This document shows positions 1 to 13,207 of a DNA stretch of 64,000 nt, in pieces. The translations under genes were made by a program, and so were the position numbers. Source of the stretch: Paraspadella gotoi (taxonomy: Eukaryota > Animalia > Chaetognatha); contig CM119265.1 in assembly GCA_051294375.1 (NCBI GenBank), forward strand, positions 24,409,861 through 24,473,860. Direction: 5' to 3'. The notes under the pieces are model-generated. The model did no database searches. It saw only the letters and a list, made by a program, of their open reading frames with translations, and had not been told where the DNA came from. Each line of letters begins with the position of its first letter. The first letter of the stretch is position 1.

Positions 1-453
1 AATTTCAAAATAGGCTTTTCTTAATTTTAATTGCAGATTTGAATTCCTCGTCAAAAGTTGATAAAAGAAAATATAAATTATTTTTAAAAATTCTTTCATT
101 AAGTGGGTTAAAAATTACAAAAACTATATTTAATATATAAAAAGTTGATTTTCAGCTTAAAATATAGCTTTTTCTAATTTTTGACCCACTTAATGAAGGA
201 ATTTTTTAAAAAGAGTTATATTTCTTTTTATCAACTTTTTATGACGAATCCAAATCTGCAAAAAAATCTTAGAAAAAACTGTTTTGAAATTTTAACATTT
301 ATTGGATTAGTACTAGTATAAATATGGCCTACTGCGTAAATTGAAAAATTTATTATAAATTTTTTTTATACATAAATGTTCATTAGTATAATGTTGTTCT
401 TTCCTCACTTTTAGAATTTTAATTAAAGTTAAATTTAGAAATTTTACTACGCC
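1..453. mobile_element. AT-rich foldback/MITE-like DNA transposon fragment (family also at 54200-54622)
   Basis: Positions 1-291 form an imperfect inverted repeat (aatttcaaaataggcttttc ... gaaaaaactgttttgaaatt). A homologous copy at ~54229-54620 ends in the same terminus, ...aatttagaa(a/t)ttttactacgcc. Confidence 0.6.
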
Positions 454-539
454 TTATTATACATGTCTGTTCAAAATAAAAGGAGTTTTTTCCTTTAAGC
501 TATCGTTGCTGTATTTATCGTTTTAGAGTTTCTAGAGTC

Positions 540-620
540 ATTGGTTCTTGTCGCCTGGTTCTTGTCATTGGTTCTTGTCTTGTTCTTGTTCTTGTTCTTG
601 TTCTTGTCATTGGTTCTTGT
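540..620. repeat. (TTCTTG)n degenerate hexamer repeat
   Basis: Direct reading: ttcttg/ttcttgtcattgg units. Confidence 0.8.
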
Positions 621-1199
621 CGCCTCTCAGTTGTCCTCGTATTGTGAAGCCGATCTCCAAGACCCCGATCCGTGACTCGGGGATGAGGAGGAGGGGACGA
701 CGAGAGGAGGAGGAGGAGGAGGAGACGTTGAGAGGAGGAAGAGAAGACCCGGGGGAGAGAAAGGTTCTGTCGGCAGGGGGAGCCTCTGTCTTTGTCATTC
801 TCTTATTGTCTCAGAAAAGCCATCACAATGACAAATAGAACGTCTTTGGTAAAAATAAAAAAATTAAAACTTTTTTTTATTGTAATCTCCAAGAGGATCT
901 GATTGCTTTAATCAAATATTCATTAAAACGTCAATCATTATTTTTTTTTTCTTCCCTCAAAACCATGAATTTCATTCCGCGTCTTATTTTCTTTCTAGTT
1001 GAACCTTTTTTTTTCGTGAAAGGATATTTTATCCTCAGGAGCGCATTTTTTGACGCTTTTTAACTATTTTATATCTAAGACTTCCATCCACAGATATATT
1101 AAAAAAAAAAATTTAATAATTAGTTTTTAAAAAAATTAAATAAAGTACATGTATTTTGTTCAATGTGTAACTTGTTTAATTTTTAAATTGTGAATTATT

Positions 1200-1692
1200 T
1201 GAACGACGATGATGACAATCACATTGTCACCCAAATAAATGATCACAATCACATTCACATTAAATAAATGGTCTCGCTTTTTGAAAATGAAAGAAACAAG
1301 GAAGACGAAAATGAAAAAGTGAACTAATAAAAAAAGTAAGACAAAGGTAGACTGTGATGACGATGACGATGACGACAATGATGACAAGATCAACGATGAC
1401 GAAGATGACGATGACCACAACGACGCATAAGGGAGAGAATAAACAATGAAGGATAAAAACGACAACCTAAACGACGACAATGATGACGACGATAACGACA
1501 ACGCTGACGACGACTATGACGACGACAATTAAGGACAAATATGACAATCAAAACGACAACTATGACAGTGACGACCAAAGTGACGACGAAAGCGATGACA
1601 GAGACAAATACAACGAGAATGATGTCTAAGAAAGATGAGAAAACGACGACGANNNNNNNNNNGACGACGACGACGAGTTCAACGACGACATC
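1200..1692. repeat. Degenerate (GAC/GAT/GAA)n trinucleotide low-complexity tract
   Basis: gacgacgatgatgacaat-type runs; these account for the Thr/Ser/Val-rich ORFs here. Confidence 0.85.
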
Positions 1693-1797
1693 CCTCGGCG
1701 AGACCCGACCTTTCACGCTTCGTCGCTCACCAGATGATCACGTGGGAGAGACTCACTTGGTTCTGTAACGTCAAGCACCCAAAGCTCAGATGGCGCA

Positions 1798-1908
1798 CCT
1801 TAAGCCTTTGTAGTGAAAGCAATGGCTCACGGTTAGGCTTTGTAGTGAAAGCATGGCTCACAGTTAGGCTTTGTAGTGAAAGCATGACTCACAGTTAGGC
1901 TTTGTAGT
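1798..1908. repeat. ~30-bp tandem minisatellite (ttaggctttgtagtgaaagcatggctcacag), ~3.5 copies
   Basis: Direct reading of repeated units. Confidence 0.85.
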
Positions 1909-2019
1909 ATACATATGGCGCACCATAACTCTTAGTTCTGCACACATGGTGGACCTAAAGCGTTAATAGTTTATCCAATGTTACGCACAAAGCGGTCGTG
2001 GCAAGTCTAAACACCGCTC

Positions 2020-2135
2020 AACCCCTAAACCCAAATACCAAACCCCCAAAACCCTAAACCCCAAACCTCAAACGCCAAACCCCAAACCCCAAACCCTAAA
2101 CCCAAACCTCCAAACCCCAAACCCCCAAACCCCAA
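2020..2135. repeat. (AAACCCC/AAACCCT)n telomere-like heptamer tract
   Basis: aaacccc/aaaccct units at the left boundary of duplication 1. Confidence 0.8.
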
Positions 2136-2466
2136 AGCTCAAAGGAAAAGTGGAATAGTTTAACTTAGGGATAGAAAGAGAATATTTTATTTCGGATGAC
2201 TAAGATTGTAATTGTTTTCTCCAGCCCCATCACGATATCGCAGCGGTCGTGAGCCTTATCTCCGTAGGTCAACGGTGAAATATCAAAGGTGAGATTAATG
2301 CCCCGATACGATGACCTTGTATGATTCACTAGATCATGTCAGGGATAATGATGAAATTCGAAAATTGTAGTTAATATATATTGGTAATTAGTTAATTTAT
2401 TTGTTTTATTAATATATTAGTCTCATTGTGTATTTTTCTCTCTTTTCGTTGTTTATAGTATTATCT

Positions 2467-2578
2467 AAAACGAAAAAGTTTTTAATATTTTTTACAACGA
2501 TTTATTAACATTAGTTACATGTACGATAACTAATGTTAATAAAATCGTTGTAAAAAAATATTAAAAAACTTTCGTTTT
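2467..2578. repeat. ~110-bp AT-rich palindrome (second copy ~6792-6900)
   Basis: aaaacgaaa..ttttacaacgat(t)ttattaacattagtta-catgtacga-taactaatgttaataaaatcgttgtaaaa..ttcgtttt. A direct repeat, atattagtctcat, lies at ~2414 and ~2583. Confidence 0.8.
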
Positions 2579-3583
2579 CGCTATATTAGTCTCATATATT
2601 ATTCAAGAACCTCAATTTGGTTTAAAGTTAGTTATCTAAATTTTTTTTATTACGCTTGACTCTTTTCCAAAGAGAAAAAAGATAAAAAAAAAAAAAGACT
2701 ATCATTCGGAAGCAGCGATGCCTAACGCCACAATTAACCCAGTTTCATCTCGCCCCTAAGAAAATAGGGTTTTTTTTTCAGCGCTCCTTTTAACTCGATC
2801 TTGCCCTATCGACCGTGATACCTCCCATCGCCGACCATGCCCGACCTTTCTTTTCCGCCCTGCCACGCCCCCCCTACCCTTCCACCCACCACTTTCTTCC
2901 ATTCCTCCGCCCACCAAATCCATTCCCCCCCTCTATTACACCCCCACCCGCTTTATCCCCGGGTCCAATTTACTCTCCGCTCTCCATATAAGCGAAATTC
3001 CATTCTTGCTAACTCAGTCTGGAATATTATGAATCTGACTTTCTTGGCTTCATTTTCTTCCCTCGAAAGTGAACGCATTGGGCAAAATTTCGGGGAAAAA
3101 AAGCCATTTTTAAGCTATTTTCTTCCTTTTTTGGGGGGGGGTGAAAGGGCAGGCGTCCTACGTCGTTATATAATTCTTTCGTTAGTACGTACATTTAACT
3201 GGTTTTTACGTATATAGAATAATTTAAAGCTTGAAATAAAGGGGTAAAAGTCAAATTTAAGTATTGTGCAATTGTATTAATCAAAATGTTTATAAAATAA
3301 CCTTTTAAAAAAGTAGTAATGGCTAAGAGCGCATTGCTCGTGCTCAGTCGTTGAGCGCGTGACCGAATAAAAGTGTAAAAATGAAAATGAGCAAACGCCA
3401 AGAAAAAAAAAAAAAAAAAAAGTGAAGTGAAAATTGTAAAAAGTTGAAGAGAATTTCCCCCCTCGACGTTACGTACCACTTTAGCGTATTTATAGTTTTT
3501 CTATGAATATTTCATCTTTTTATTAATAGTTGATTTCTTGATATTTGAAATCTTAAATTACCCCGTTTTCAACCCAACTACTG

Positions 3584-3652
<69 letters not shown>

Positions 3653-4446
3653 CTCTCCTCAGCCCCCTTTTAAAACCCATTTTATGTTTCGACGAATCTT
3701 TGTCCTCAAAACCGAAATCCACGATAAACGATTTTCATGTTCCTAATCTCTTTTTATAACGGGCATAACAATAAACAGAAGAGCAGCGCGCATTGAGGAA
3801 ACAAAACAAAAAACAAAAAAATAAGGAAAAAAAGTTCGCAAATACGAATGATAAACAGCCAAGATGACTCCTATGTATCATTTTGTGTTAGTTAAATATA
3901 AACAATAAACAATAAACGAATTAATGAAAGAAAACTTAGTCGAAACTCGTTCGCGAAAAAAACTACTTCGCAATAATTTTGGCTTCTGCGTGATAATCTT
4001 TAGTCTTTACTATTATTATTTGGACCTTTTAACTAATAATCATTTTTTCAAATAAAGGAAAAAAACTTTCCCTTTAACATTTCCGGAAAAAAAAACACGG
4101 GCGGACATATAGGGATCGAAAGTTTAGTCCGTTTCACAGTGGAAAAATCAAGTCGTGATTTGCTCGACCTTTTTTGACATAAACAGACTCGCGGGGTTCA
4201 AAGTTTCCCGACTGTACAATCCGCGAGCGGGCAGCCCGACCGACGCCTTTGGACGCGGCCCGACGGCCCCGTTTGCCCAAGCGGCAAAACATCGAGATTA
4301 GAAGCTCGGAGGCGTTTTGTGTTTGTTGTTGTTGTATTGTTGATTCGGTGATTTTGTTTACTGTACGGGGGCAGAAGGGAGTTTTTGATATTGTTAGTAT
4401 AAACTTCTATTTTTAATACCTACGACTGATTATGAAAATTGTGTCT

Positions 4447-4698
4447 TAGGCAACAGCCGGGTTGCCTGTGATGCCCATTGAGATGGGGCATTCACTGTTG
4501 GCTTTGGGGGCTTCCGACCCTCAGTGACAGCCTCCAGTCACTGGCGCGGTTACCCTAGGACGGTCTCGCTTTGCCAACGCAGAGGGAAGTCGTTAGGACT
4601 GTGGATGTAACACTTCGCCTGGATGGTGTGTTCCCCTCTGAGCCAATGGATTTGGCTGACGGATTGTGGACGTGAGGCGGTGTGAATATACCGCCACA
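4447..4698 (-). mobile_element. ~252-bp structured non-coding insertion carrying a twister ribozyme (element 1)
   Basis: Absent from copy B (empty site attgtgtctcatgatac at ~8776-8792) and flanked by gtct/gtct (4443-4446, 4699-4702). The minus strand starts TGTGGC and ends TTGCCTA. Homologous to 22167-22425. Confidence 0.85.
4497..4578 (-). ncRNA. Twister ribozyme, P5-type circular permutation (predicted)
   Basis: Minus strand: GUUGGC(P5)-AAA-GCGA(P2')-GA-CCG(T1)-UCCUAGGG(short P1)-U^AA-CCGC(P2)-GC-CAGUGAC/GUCACUG(P3)-AGGG(P4)-UCGGAAGC(L4)-CCCC-AAA-GCCAAC(P5). This matches the twister consensus layout. Predicted cleavage between 4552 and 4551. Confidence 0.8.
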
Positions 4699-5744
4699 GT
4701 CTCCATGATACTCGGATTTGCTTGCGATATATTTTCCCTTTAAATTTCAATCGAGAATCAATTTTTTTGTAGTCAAGAAAACACAAAGATAAGATTGATT
4801 TAAAGTTCACACAACGAGCTATACATTAATATTCTGCATTTTTATTTTTCAATTTTTTTTCCTTCTCACTTCATTTTCTTCGGTGGTGGGGAGAGGACCG
4901 ACGCTAAAAGCACTTACTCGTTGTTTGGAAAGTGGATTCTTTAATCTGGAGACATCAGGAGTCGGCATCGTCTTTCGATTCTCGCAAATCGATTTTAGAT
5001 CTGTGAGGCCGATTAGTTACAACGCGGCAAAAATATGTCGCTTTGATCTAATATTATTCAAATATTGATGACGAACACGGAAATTTTAAAAATAAGGGAT
5101 AAAAAAAAACCGCCGATGGTGTAAGCCTTAAATCGATAATTTTGGCCGCCAGAAAACTACATTGGTGCTGGAAATAAATACCTCACTGAATGGCACAATT
5201 GGCGGGGATCAACTGGCATCGAAAAGGTGATAACGATGTGGCAAACAAAGAGAAGTCCAGTGCATATGATATTTAGGGAAGCAACTCGATTTGCACCAGA
5301 TGGTGAGGTTTGCCAAATGATAGAGACGTTTATCAGCATGAAACTATTCGCACTGCCATATCCGATGCAGCACGGACGCAACACGGCTGCACCGCGGTGG
5401 CATCACTTGGTTCGTTTATGAAGAGACGCTAACGCTGCTCCCATGTTTTGGGAAGCGAGAGAATGAACGAGTCAAGCGAATGATAAATCGCGGGTTTCGA
5501 GCGAAAAAGATGACATTTGCTCGAAGGAGAAAAAAAGGTAGTGGCAAAAGAGTCGCCCTCTCGAAGATGAGATGGCGGCGTTGGGGATATGAGAATCGGA
5601 AAGTCGTGGGGCCGGTGTTTCAGGGCTCGAGACTTGGGAGACCTTAAAGTTCAAGCTTGAGACTTGAAACCACGAGACGTTGAACTCGACGTGGAGGATT
5701 TAATCTTCGTGAGTCGGTGAGAAAATACTTTTCAAAATACACTC

Positions 5745-5810
<66 letters not shown>

Positions 5811-7895
5811 TCTCCTCTCTCTTCTCCTTCTTCCATCACGTGGCCCATTTGCGATCCATTTTCCCCATCCAAGCGTCCAGATTATGATGAGGCGCGAGAG
5901 ATATCGCGGCCAGGGAAAGAGAAGAAAAAAGGCAGATAATTCAAAGATGCAGACTTTTGTATAATACATTCATCGCTGTTTATTAATGTCAATTATGTAG
6001 AGCCTATTAATTTTATTATTTATTTTTTATTTATAGTCTACATCTTTTAGCAGACTATCTGTTGAATGATGTACCTTATAAATCCAAATTTTAAATCTAA
6101 AATTAAAATTTTAATGAGTTTTTTTATAATCTACACTAAAGAGCTTCTTTCCTTATTATTTATCCTATTAAATAAATTTAAAGAAGTGATAAATGTTTAA
6201 TGTTTGATGTTACAAAGTTAACGTCAGTCCAGCGATTGAAACTTTAAAACGATGCAGAGCTGCATAAAAAAAAGTAGCAGGCCGATGGTAGCCTTGTCGG
6301 GCGCCGCTCGTATGAAATTAAAGTGCCCTCTACTTTCGATGAGCGTTCCTGCAGATTTCTTCGTTTTCATCCAATGTCATTAATTGTCCAGAGTAAAATG
6401 TCATACANNNNNNNNNNNNNNNNNNNNNNNNNAAACCCCAAACCCCCAAACCCCAAAGCTCAAAGGAAAAGTGGAATAGTTAACTTAGGGATAAGAAAGA
6501 GAATATTTTATTTCGGATGACTAAGATGTTGTAATTGTTTCTCCAGCCCCATCACGATATCGCAGCGGTCGTGAGCCTTATCTCCGTAGGTCAACGGTGA
6601 AATATCAAAGGTGAGATTAATGCCGCCGATACGATGACCTTGTATGAATTTCACTAGATCATGTCAGGGATTAATGATGAAATTCGAAAATTGTAGTTAA
6701 TATATATTGGTAATTAGTTAATTTATTTGTTTATTAATATATTAGTCTCATTGTGTATTTTTCTCTCTTTTCGTTGTTTATAGTATTATCTAAAACGAAA
6801 GTTTTTAATATTTTTTACAACGATTTTATTAACATTAGTTACATGTACGATAACTAATGTTAATAAAATCGTTGTAAAAAATATTAAAAACTTTCGTTTT
6901 CGCTATATTAGTCTCATATATTATTCAAGAACTCAATTTGGTTTAAAGTTAGTTATCTAATTTTTTTATTACGCTTGACTCTTTTGCCCAAAAGAAAAAA
7001 GATAAAAAAAAAAAAGACTATCATTCGAACAGCACCTAACGCCACAATTTAACCCAGTTTCATCTCGCCCCTAAGAAAATAGGGTTTTTTTTTCAGCGCT
7101 CCTTTTAACTCGACTTGCCTATCGACCGTGATACCTCCCATGCCCGACCATGCCCGACCTTTCTTTTCCGGCCCTGCCACGCCCCCCCTACCCTTCCACC
7201 ACCCACTTTCTTCCATTCCTCCGCCCACCAAATCCATTCCCCCCCTCTATTACACCCCCACCCGCTTTATCCCCGGGTCCAATTTACTCTCCGCTCTCCA
7301 TATAAGCGAAATTCCATTCTTTGCTAACTCAGTCTGGAATATTATGAATCTGACTTTCTTGCTTCATTTTCTTCCCTCGAAAAGTGAACCATTGGGCAAA
7401 ATTTCGGGGAAAAAAAAGCCATTTTTAAGCTATTTTCTTTCCTTTTTGGGGGGGGGTTGAAAGGGGCAGGCGTCTACGTCGTTATATAATTCTTTCGTTA
7501 GTACGTACATTTAACTGGTTTTTACGTATATAGAATAATTTAAAGCTTGAAATAAAGGGGTAAAAGTCAAATTTAAGTATTGTGCAATTGTATTAATCAA
7601 AATGTTTATAAAATAACCTTTTAAAAAAGTAGTAATGGCTAAGAGCGCATTGCTCGTGCTCAGTCGTTGAGCGCGTGACCGAATAAAAGTGTAAAAATGA
7701 AAATGAGCAAACGCAAGAAAAAAAAAAAAAAAAGTGAAGTGAAAATTGTAAAAAGTTGAAGAGAAATTTCCCCCCTCGACGTTACGTACCACTTTAGCGT
7801 ATTTATAGTTTTTCTATGAATATTTCATCTTTTTACTTAATAGTTGATTCTCTTGATATTTGAAATCTTAAATTACCCGTTTTCAACCCCAACTA

Positions 7896-7998
<103 letters not shown>

Positions 7999-10590
7999 CC
8001 CCCTTTTAAAACCCATTTTATGTTTCGACGAATCTTTGTCCTCAAAACCGAAATCCACGATAAACGATTTTCATGTTCCTAATCTCTTTTTATAACGGGC
8101 ATAACAATAAACAGAAGAGCAGCGCGCATTGAGGAAACAAAACAAAAACAAAAAAATAAGGAAAAAAAAGTTCGCAAATACGAATGATAAACAGCCAAGA
8201 TGACTCCTATGTATCATTTTGTTAAGTTAAAATATAAACAATAAAACAATAAACGAATTAATGAAAGAAAACTTAGTCGAAACTCGTTCGCGAAAAAACT
8301 ACTTCGCAATAATTTTGGCTTCTGCGTGATAATCTTTAGTCTTTACATATTATTATTTGGACCTTTTAACTAATAATCATTTTTTCAAATAAAGGAAAAA
8401 AACTTTTCCCTTTAACATTTCCGGAAAAAAAAACACGGGCGGACATATAGGGATCGAAAGTTTAGTCCGTTTCACAGTGGAAAAATCAAGTCCGTGATTT
8501 GCTCGACCTTTTTGACATAAACAGACTCGCGGGGTTCAAAGTTTCCCGACTGTACAATCCGCGAGCGGGCAGCCCGACCGACGCCCTTTGGACGCGGCCC
8601 GACGGCCCCGTTGCCAAGCGGCAAAACATCGAGATTAGAAGCTCGGAGGCGTTGTGTTGTTGTTGTTGTTGTTATTGTTGATTCGGTGATTTTGTTTACT
8701 GTACGGGGGCAGAAGGGAGTTTTTGATATTGTTAGTATAAACTTCTATTTTTAATACCTACGACTGATTATGAAAATTGTGTCTCATGATACTCGGATTT
8801 GCTTGCGATATATTTTCCCTTTAAATTTCAATCGAGAATCAATTTTTTTTTAGTCAAGAAAACACAAAGATAAGATTGATTTAAAGTTCACACAACGAGC
8901 TATACATTACAATTCTGCTTTTTATTTTTCAATTTTTTTTCCTTCTCACTTTCATTTTCTTCGGTGGTGGGGAGAGACCGACGCTAAAAGCACTTACTCG
9001 TTGTTTGGAAAGTGGATTCTTTAATCTGGAAGACATCAGGAGTCGGCATCGTCTTTCCGATTCTCGCAAATCGATTTTAGATCTGTGAGGCGATTAGTTA
9101 CAACGCGGCAAAATATGTCGCTTTGATCTAATATTATTCAAATATGATGACGAACACGGAAATTTTAAAAATAAGGGATAAAAAAAACACCACCGATGTG
9201 TAAGCCTTAAATCGATAATTTTGCCGCCAGAAAACGACATTGGTGCTGGAAATAAATACCTCACTGAATGGCACAATTGGCGGGGATCAACTGGCATCGA
9301 AAGGTGATAACAGATGTGGCAAGTAGCAATAGAGAAGATCCCGGACGTAGCCACATATTTGATATTTAGGGAAGCAACTCGATTTGCACCAGATGGTGAG
9401 GTTTGCCAAATGATAGAGACGTTTATCAGCATGAAACTATTCGCACTGCCATATCCGATGCAGCACGGACGCAACACGGCTGCACCGCGGTGGCATCACT
9501 TGGTTCGTTTATGAAGAGACGCTAACGCTGCTCCCATGTTTTGGGAAGCGGGAGAATGAACGAGTCAAGCGAATGATAAATCGCGGGTTTCGAGCGAAAA
9601 AGATGACATTTGCTCGAAGGAGAAAAAAAGGTAGGGCAAAAGAGTCGCCCTCTCGAAGATGAGATGGCGGCGTTGGGGATATGAGAATCGGAAAGTCGTG
9701 GGGCCGGTGTTTCAGGGCTCGAGACTTGGGAGACCTTAAAGTTCCAAGCTTGAGACTTGAAACCCACGAGACGTTGAACTCGACGTGGAGGATTTAATCT
9801 TCGTGAGTCGGTGAGAAATACTTTTCAAAATACACTCTGCATCTCTCTCTCTCTCTCTCTCTTTCCATCACGTGGCCCATTTGCGATCCATTTTCCCATC
9901 CAAGCGTCCAGATTATGATGAGGCGCGAGAGATATCGCGGCCAGGGAAAAGGGAAGAAAAAAGGCAGATAATTCAAAGATGCAGACTTTTGTAATAATAC
10001 ATTCATCGCTGTTTATTAATGTCAATTATGTAGAGCCTATTAATTTTATTATTTTTTTTTATTTATAGTCTACATCTTTTAGCAGACTATCTGTTGAAAT
10101 GATGTACCTTATAAATCCAAATTTTAAATCTAAAATTAAAATTTTAATGAGTTTTTTTATAATCTACACTAAAAGAGCTTCTTTCCTTATTATTTATCCT
10201 ATTAAATAAATTTAAAAAGTGATAAATGTTTAATGTTTGATGTTTACAAAGTTAACGTCAGTCCCAGCGATTGAAACTTTAAAACGATGCAGAGCTGCAT
10301 AAAAAAAAAGTAGCAGGCCGATGGTAGCCTTGTCGGGCGCCGCTCGTATGAAATTAAAGTGCCCTCTACTTTCGATGAGCGTTCCTGCAGATTTCTTCGT
10401 TTTCATCCAATGTCCATTAATTGTCCAGAGTAAAATGTCATACATTATGGAATATATTGCATGTATTCGATAAGTCAATATTTTTGTTTATCAAGAATCT
10501 CATTATTGGTTAAACTATCGTTAATTAATCTTTTTTAAATTTTCTACTCATTGTATTCGAACTTTATTTTTTATAGTTTATATAAGAGTT

Positions 10591-10757
10591 TAGACAGAAA
10601 ACCAAAATATTCGTTATAACAAGTGAATTGATTAATTTGGACATGTTTCGACTCTTATGTTTTTGCTGATGAAGACTCGCAAAAAAATAAGAGTCGAAAC
10701 ATGTCCGAATTAATCAATTCACTTGTTGTTATAACGAATATTTTGTTTTTCTCTCTA
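10591..10757. mobile_element. Inverted repeat resembling a Penelope-like inverted pLTR remnant
   Basis: Arms of ~75 bp (aaaatattcgttataacaagtgaattgattaatttggacatgtttcgactcttat.. and its reverse complement) around the loop tgatgaagactc. Contains a hammerhead core. Confidence 0.65.
10662..10709 (+). ncRNA. Minimal type I hammerhead ribozyme (Penelope-like)
   Basis: UUUG-CUGAUGA-A-GACUC-loop-GAGUC-GAAAC-AU-GUC^-CGAA: all core nucleotides, a 5-bp stem II, a palindromic mini stem III (ACAUGU) and a 4-bp stem I. Confidence 0.75.
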
Positions 10758-11542
10758 ATTTTCTATTCATAGTTTTTTCGATGATATTGTCCAATTCAGT
10801 TTTTTTCTTTTTTTATTTCTTTCTCATCCTTCTTTCTTCCTTTCTTTAACTCATCATCCTTTTTTTAATTACATAACCCTCCCTCCTTTTTCCTCCTCTC
10901 TATTTTTTCCCCACTTTTCTTTCATCATTCCCTTCCTTTCTTTTATTCACTTCCTTTCCTTTCTCGATCCCCCTCCTTAATCCTTTCCTCATCGTCGTGC
11001 TTCGTTGTTTATAAGGTTTTTTTTTCTCCTGATTACAGTATAAATATCCGCTGCTGTCAAACATTCGGCTTTCGTTATTCTCTTCTCTTTCCCGCCATTT
11101 ATCTCCTCAAGGCCTGACGATCCTCGCCTCGTAAATATTATCAACTTTCCTCCCTTTTTTCCTTCTTTTCTTTCCTCCCTTTTTTTTCTCAACCGTTAAA
11201 TCCTCTTTCTTATTTGTCTCATTTTCACTTTTTTGTCAGTTTTCATTTGCGTAAATTAGTATGTCATTGGTGACAATGAGAGATAGAGAATCATTTAGAT
11301 AAACTCTAAAGATAATTAATTCAACAAAGATTTTCCTTTGTCTTTTTCTATAATTGTCTTTTTTGACACATTCCTGATTTAATTCCTCCTCTTCTTCCCC
11401 ATCATTCTTTATTCCTTTTCATCAGCATCACCATCTTCTTCAACATCCTCTTCTCAATCAAAAAGCTTTATTTACCAAAAGTGCCCAATTTCAGTTTATA
11501 AATTTGAAATTAAGTTAGTTTGTAGGTTTAAAACTTAAATAA

Positions 11543-11741
11543 TGGGTTAGCAATAGAATAAGATTAGGAAGTAGGGTTAGGGATTACGATAGGGATTTAG
11601 TCAGAGTTTTGGTTAGGGATTATGATCTGGGTTATGTGATAAGGTTACGGATTTGGGTTAGGAATTAGGGATCAGAATTAACGATTAGAGTAGGGTTAGC
11701 GATTAGGGTTAGGGATCAAATAAAGAAAAATATTAGGGTTA
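11543..11741. repeat. Degenerate interstitial (TTAGGG)n-like tract
   Basis: gggttag/ttaggg/gattagg units. Confidence 0.7.
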
Positions 11742-12507
11742 AGATATTATTATTAATGTTAAGATTAAATACAGCGATTAAGAACAGAAAAGTGGTACTT
11801 TTAGAAAATAGTTCCCGATTCTCCATCTCCATCAACAGTTCCCCTTCTCCCCAGCAGTCCCTCCTTTCTCTCCTTTTTTTTTTTACAGCGACAGAAAACG
11901 CATTTCATATTCAGTCTTCTTGGTCCATTGACTCCTGACTTCTCTCTCCAGCGGCGAGTCATGGCCGTTTGGGGCGGCCCTGGGACGGATACAGGGTTCA
12001 ATATGGAGAGGGACCTTTGCCTGTGTGCCGGTTGGGGCGGAGGGGCGGGGAATCGAGCGCTAAAACGAGGACATTCTCCGAGAATGGAGAAGAAGGGGAA
12101 CCAAAAAAAGGGGGTAAGTGGGGAAAGGGCCGAGCGAGAGACGCCACGAAGCGGGGCGAGACCTTTTGCGGGTCGGCTGGAAATGAAGGATTGGCCCCGA
12201 TTTTTTATGTGATTTACACGAGGAGCGAATAAGGGATGTGTTATATGTTTCTTACTCTTTTTTTTTTACGGAGACGAAGTTATTTCTTGGAAAAGGGGGG
12301 GGGGCGTGGAAGAAGCGCCGGATATGAAGAGTATTAACTAATTAAGAAGATACTATAAAGTCTTTAGAGAATATTACTCGAGGGAAATTAGCCAGACGTC
12401 GAGGCTTCGGATTCATTTCTGGAGAGTGAGAGAAGTCACGTGACAAGTGACAATAGGGAACGCTTGGTGACATTCGTATTGATCAACCGGCTGCGTCAGT
12501 TATGCTC

Positions 12508-12580
12508 ATCAGTCACCACTCACTATTCACCAGTCACCACTCACGATTCACCAGTCACCACTCACTATTCACCAGTCACC
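12508..12580. repeat. 21-bp tandem repeat (cagtcaccactcactattcac), ~3.5 copies
   Basis: Direct reading. Confidence 0.85.
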
Positions 12581-12749
12581 AATCATAGTCCGTTAGATAA
12601 GGCGATTTATTCGGTGCTGGTGAAAAAGGCAAATTCTCGTCCACGAGCCAAAGATTCGAATGTTTCCCAATTATATCCAAATCTCGTTGAAGCTAATGAC
12701 TTTTCTGTACCTCGGATCGAGAGCGACCTTACCTTTTGCGCCTCGACCT

Positions 12750-12835
<86 letters not shown>

Positions 12836-13089
12836 TTCTTCGCGGGGCTAAAACCATTTGCCTCACGCCTCCCTCTCTCCTACTTTTTTTTCCTTCGCCA
12901 ATTTTCTTTCCCCCGCGGAAGAATTTTCTTTCCTTTTTTGCGATCCTGCACTTTGTGCACAATAAACTATCAAATTTTCCATTGCGTAATCTGTGCTGTG
13001 CCTTGCGCATGCGCAAAGGGCCGCTCCATCCTTGACTTACTTTCGTTGCTCGATATTGCAAAGAGCTTTTATCGCCGCGAGATAAGTAC

Positions 13090-13207
13090 GATTTTCCTTG
13101 CTAAAAGCCATTTAAGAACAGTGTTCTTAACCGGTCTCCTTTCTTCTATTCGATTTTCCCTGCTAAAAGCCATTTAAGAACAGTGTTCTTAACCGGTCTC
13201 ATTTCTT
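13090..13207. repeat. 62-bp-period tandem duplication containing the palindrome ttaagaacagtgttcttaa
   Basis: gattttcc(t/c)tgctaaaagccatttaagaacagtgttcttaaccggtctc occurs twice. Confidence 0.8.

Noticed and set aside
1798-1908. CRISPR-like appearance of the 30-bp, 21-bp and 16-bp repeat arrays
   Set aside because: The units are head-to-tail with no unique spacers, there are no cas genes, and the context is eukaryotic.
4600-4698. Possible HDV-like ribozyme in the 5' half of element 1 (GGCGAA motif)
   Set aside because: P1 and P1.1 cannot be built consistently, and the arrangement is not preserved in element 2.
5140-5460. Possible host exons (EATRFAPDGEVCQMIETF...)
   Set aside because: Short, no recognisable domain, and the reading frames differ between the duplicate copies.
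11543-11741. True telomere
   Set aside because: The tract is short, highly degenerate and internal, so it is only an interstitial telomere-like repeat.
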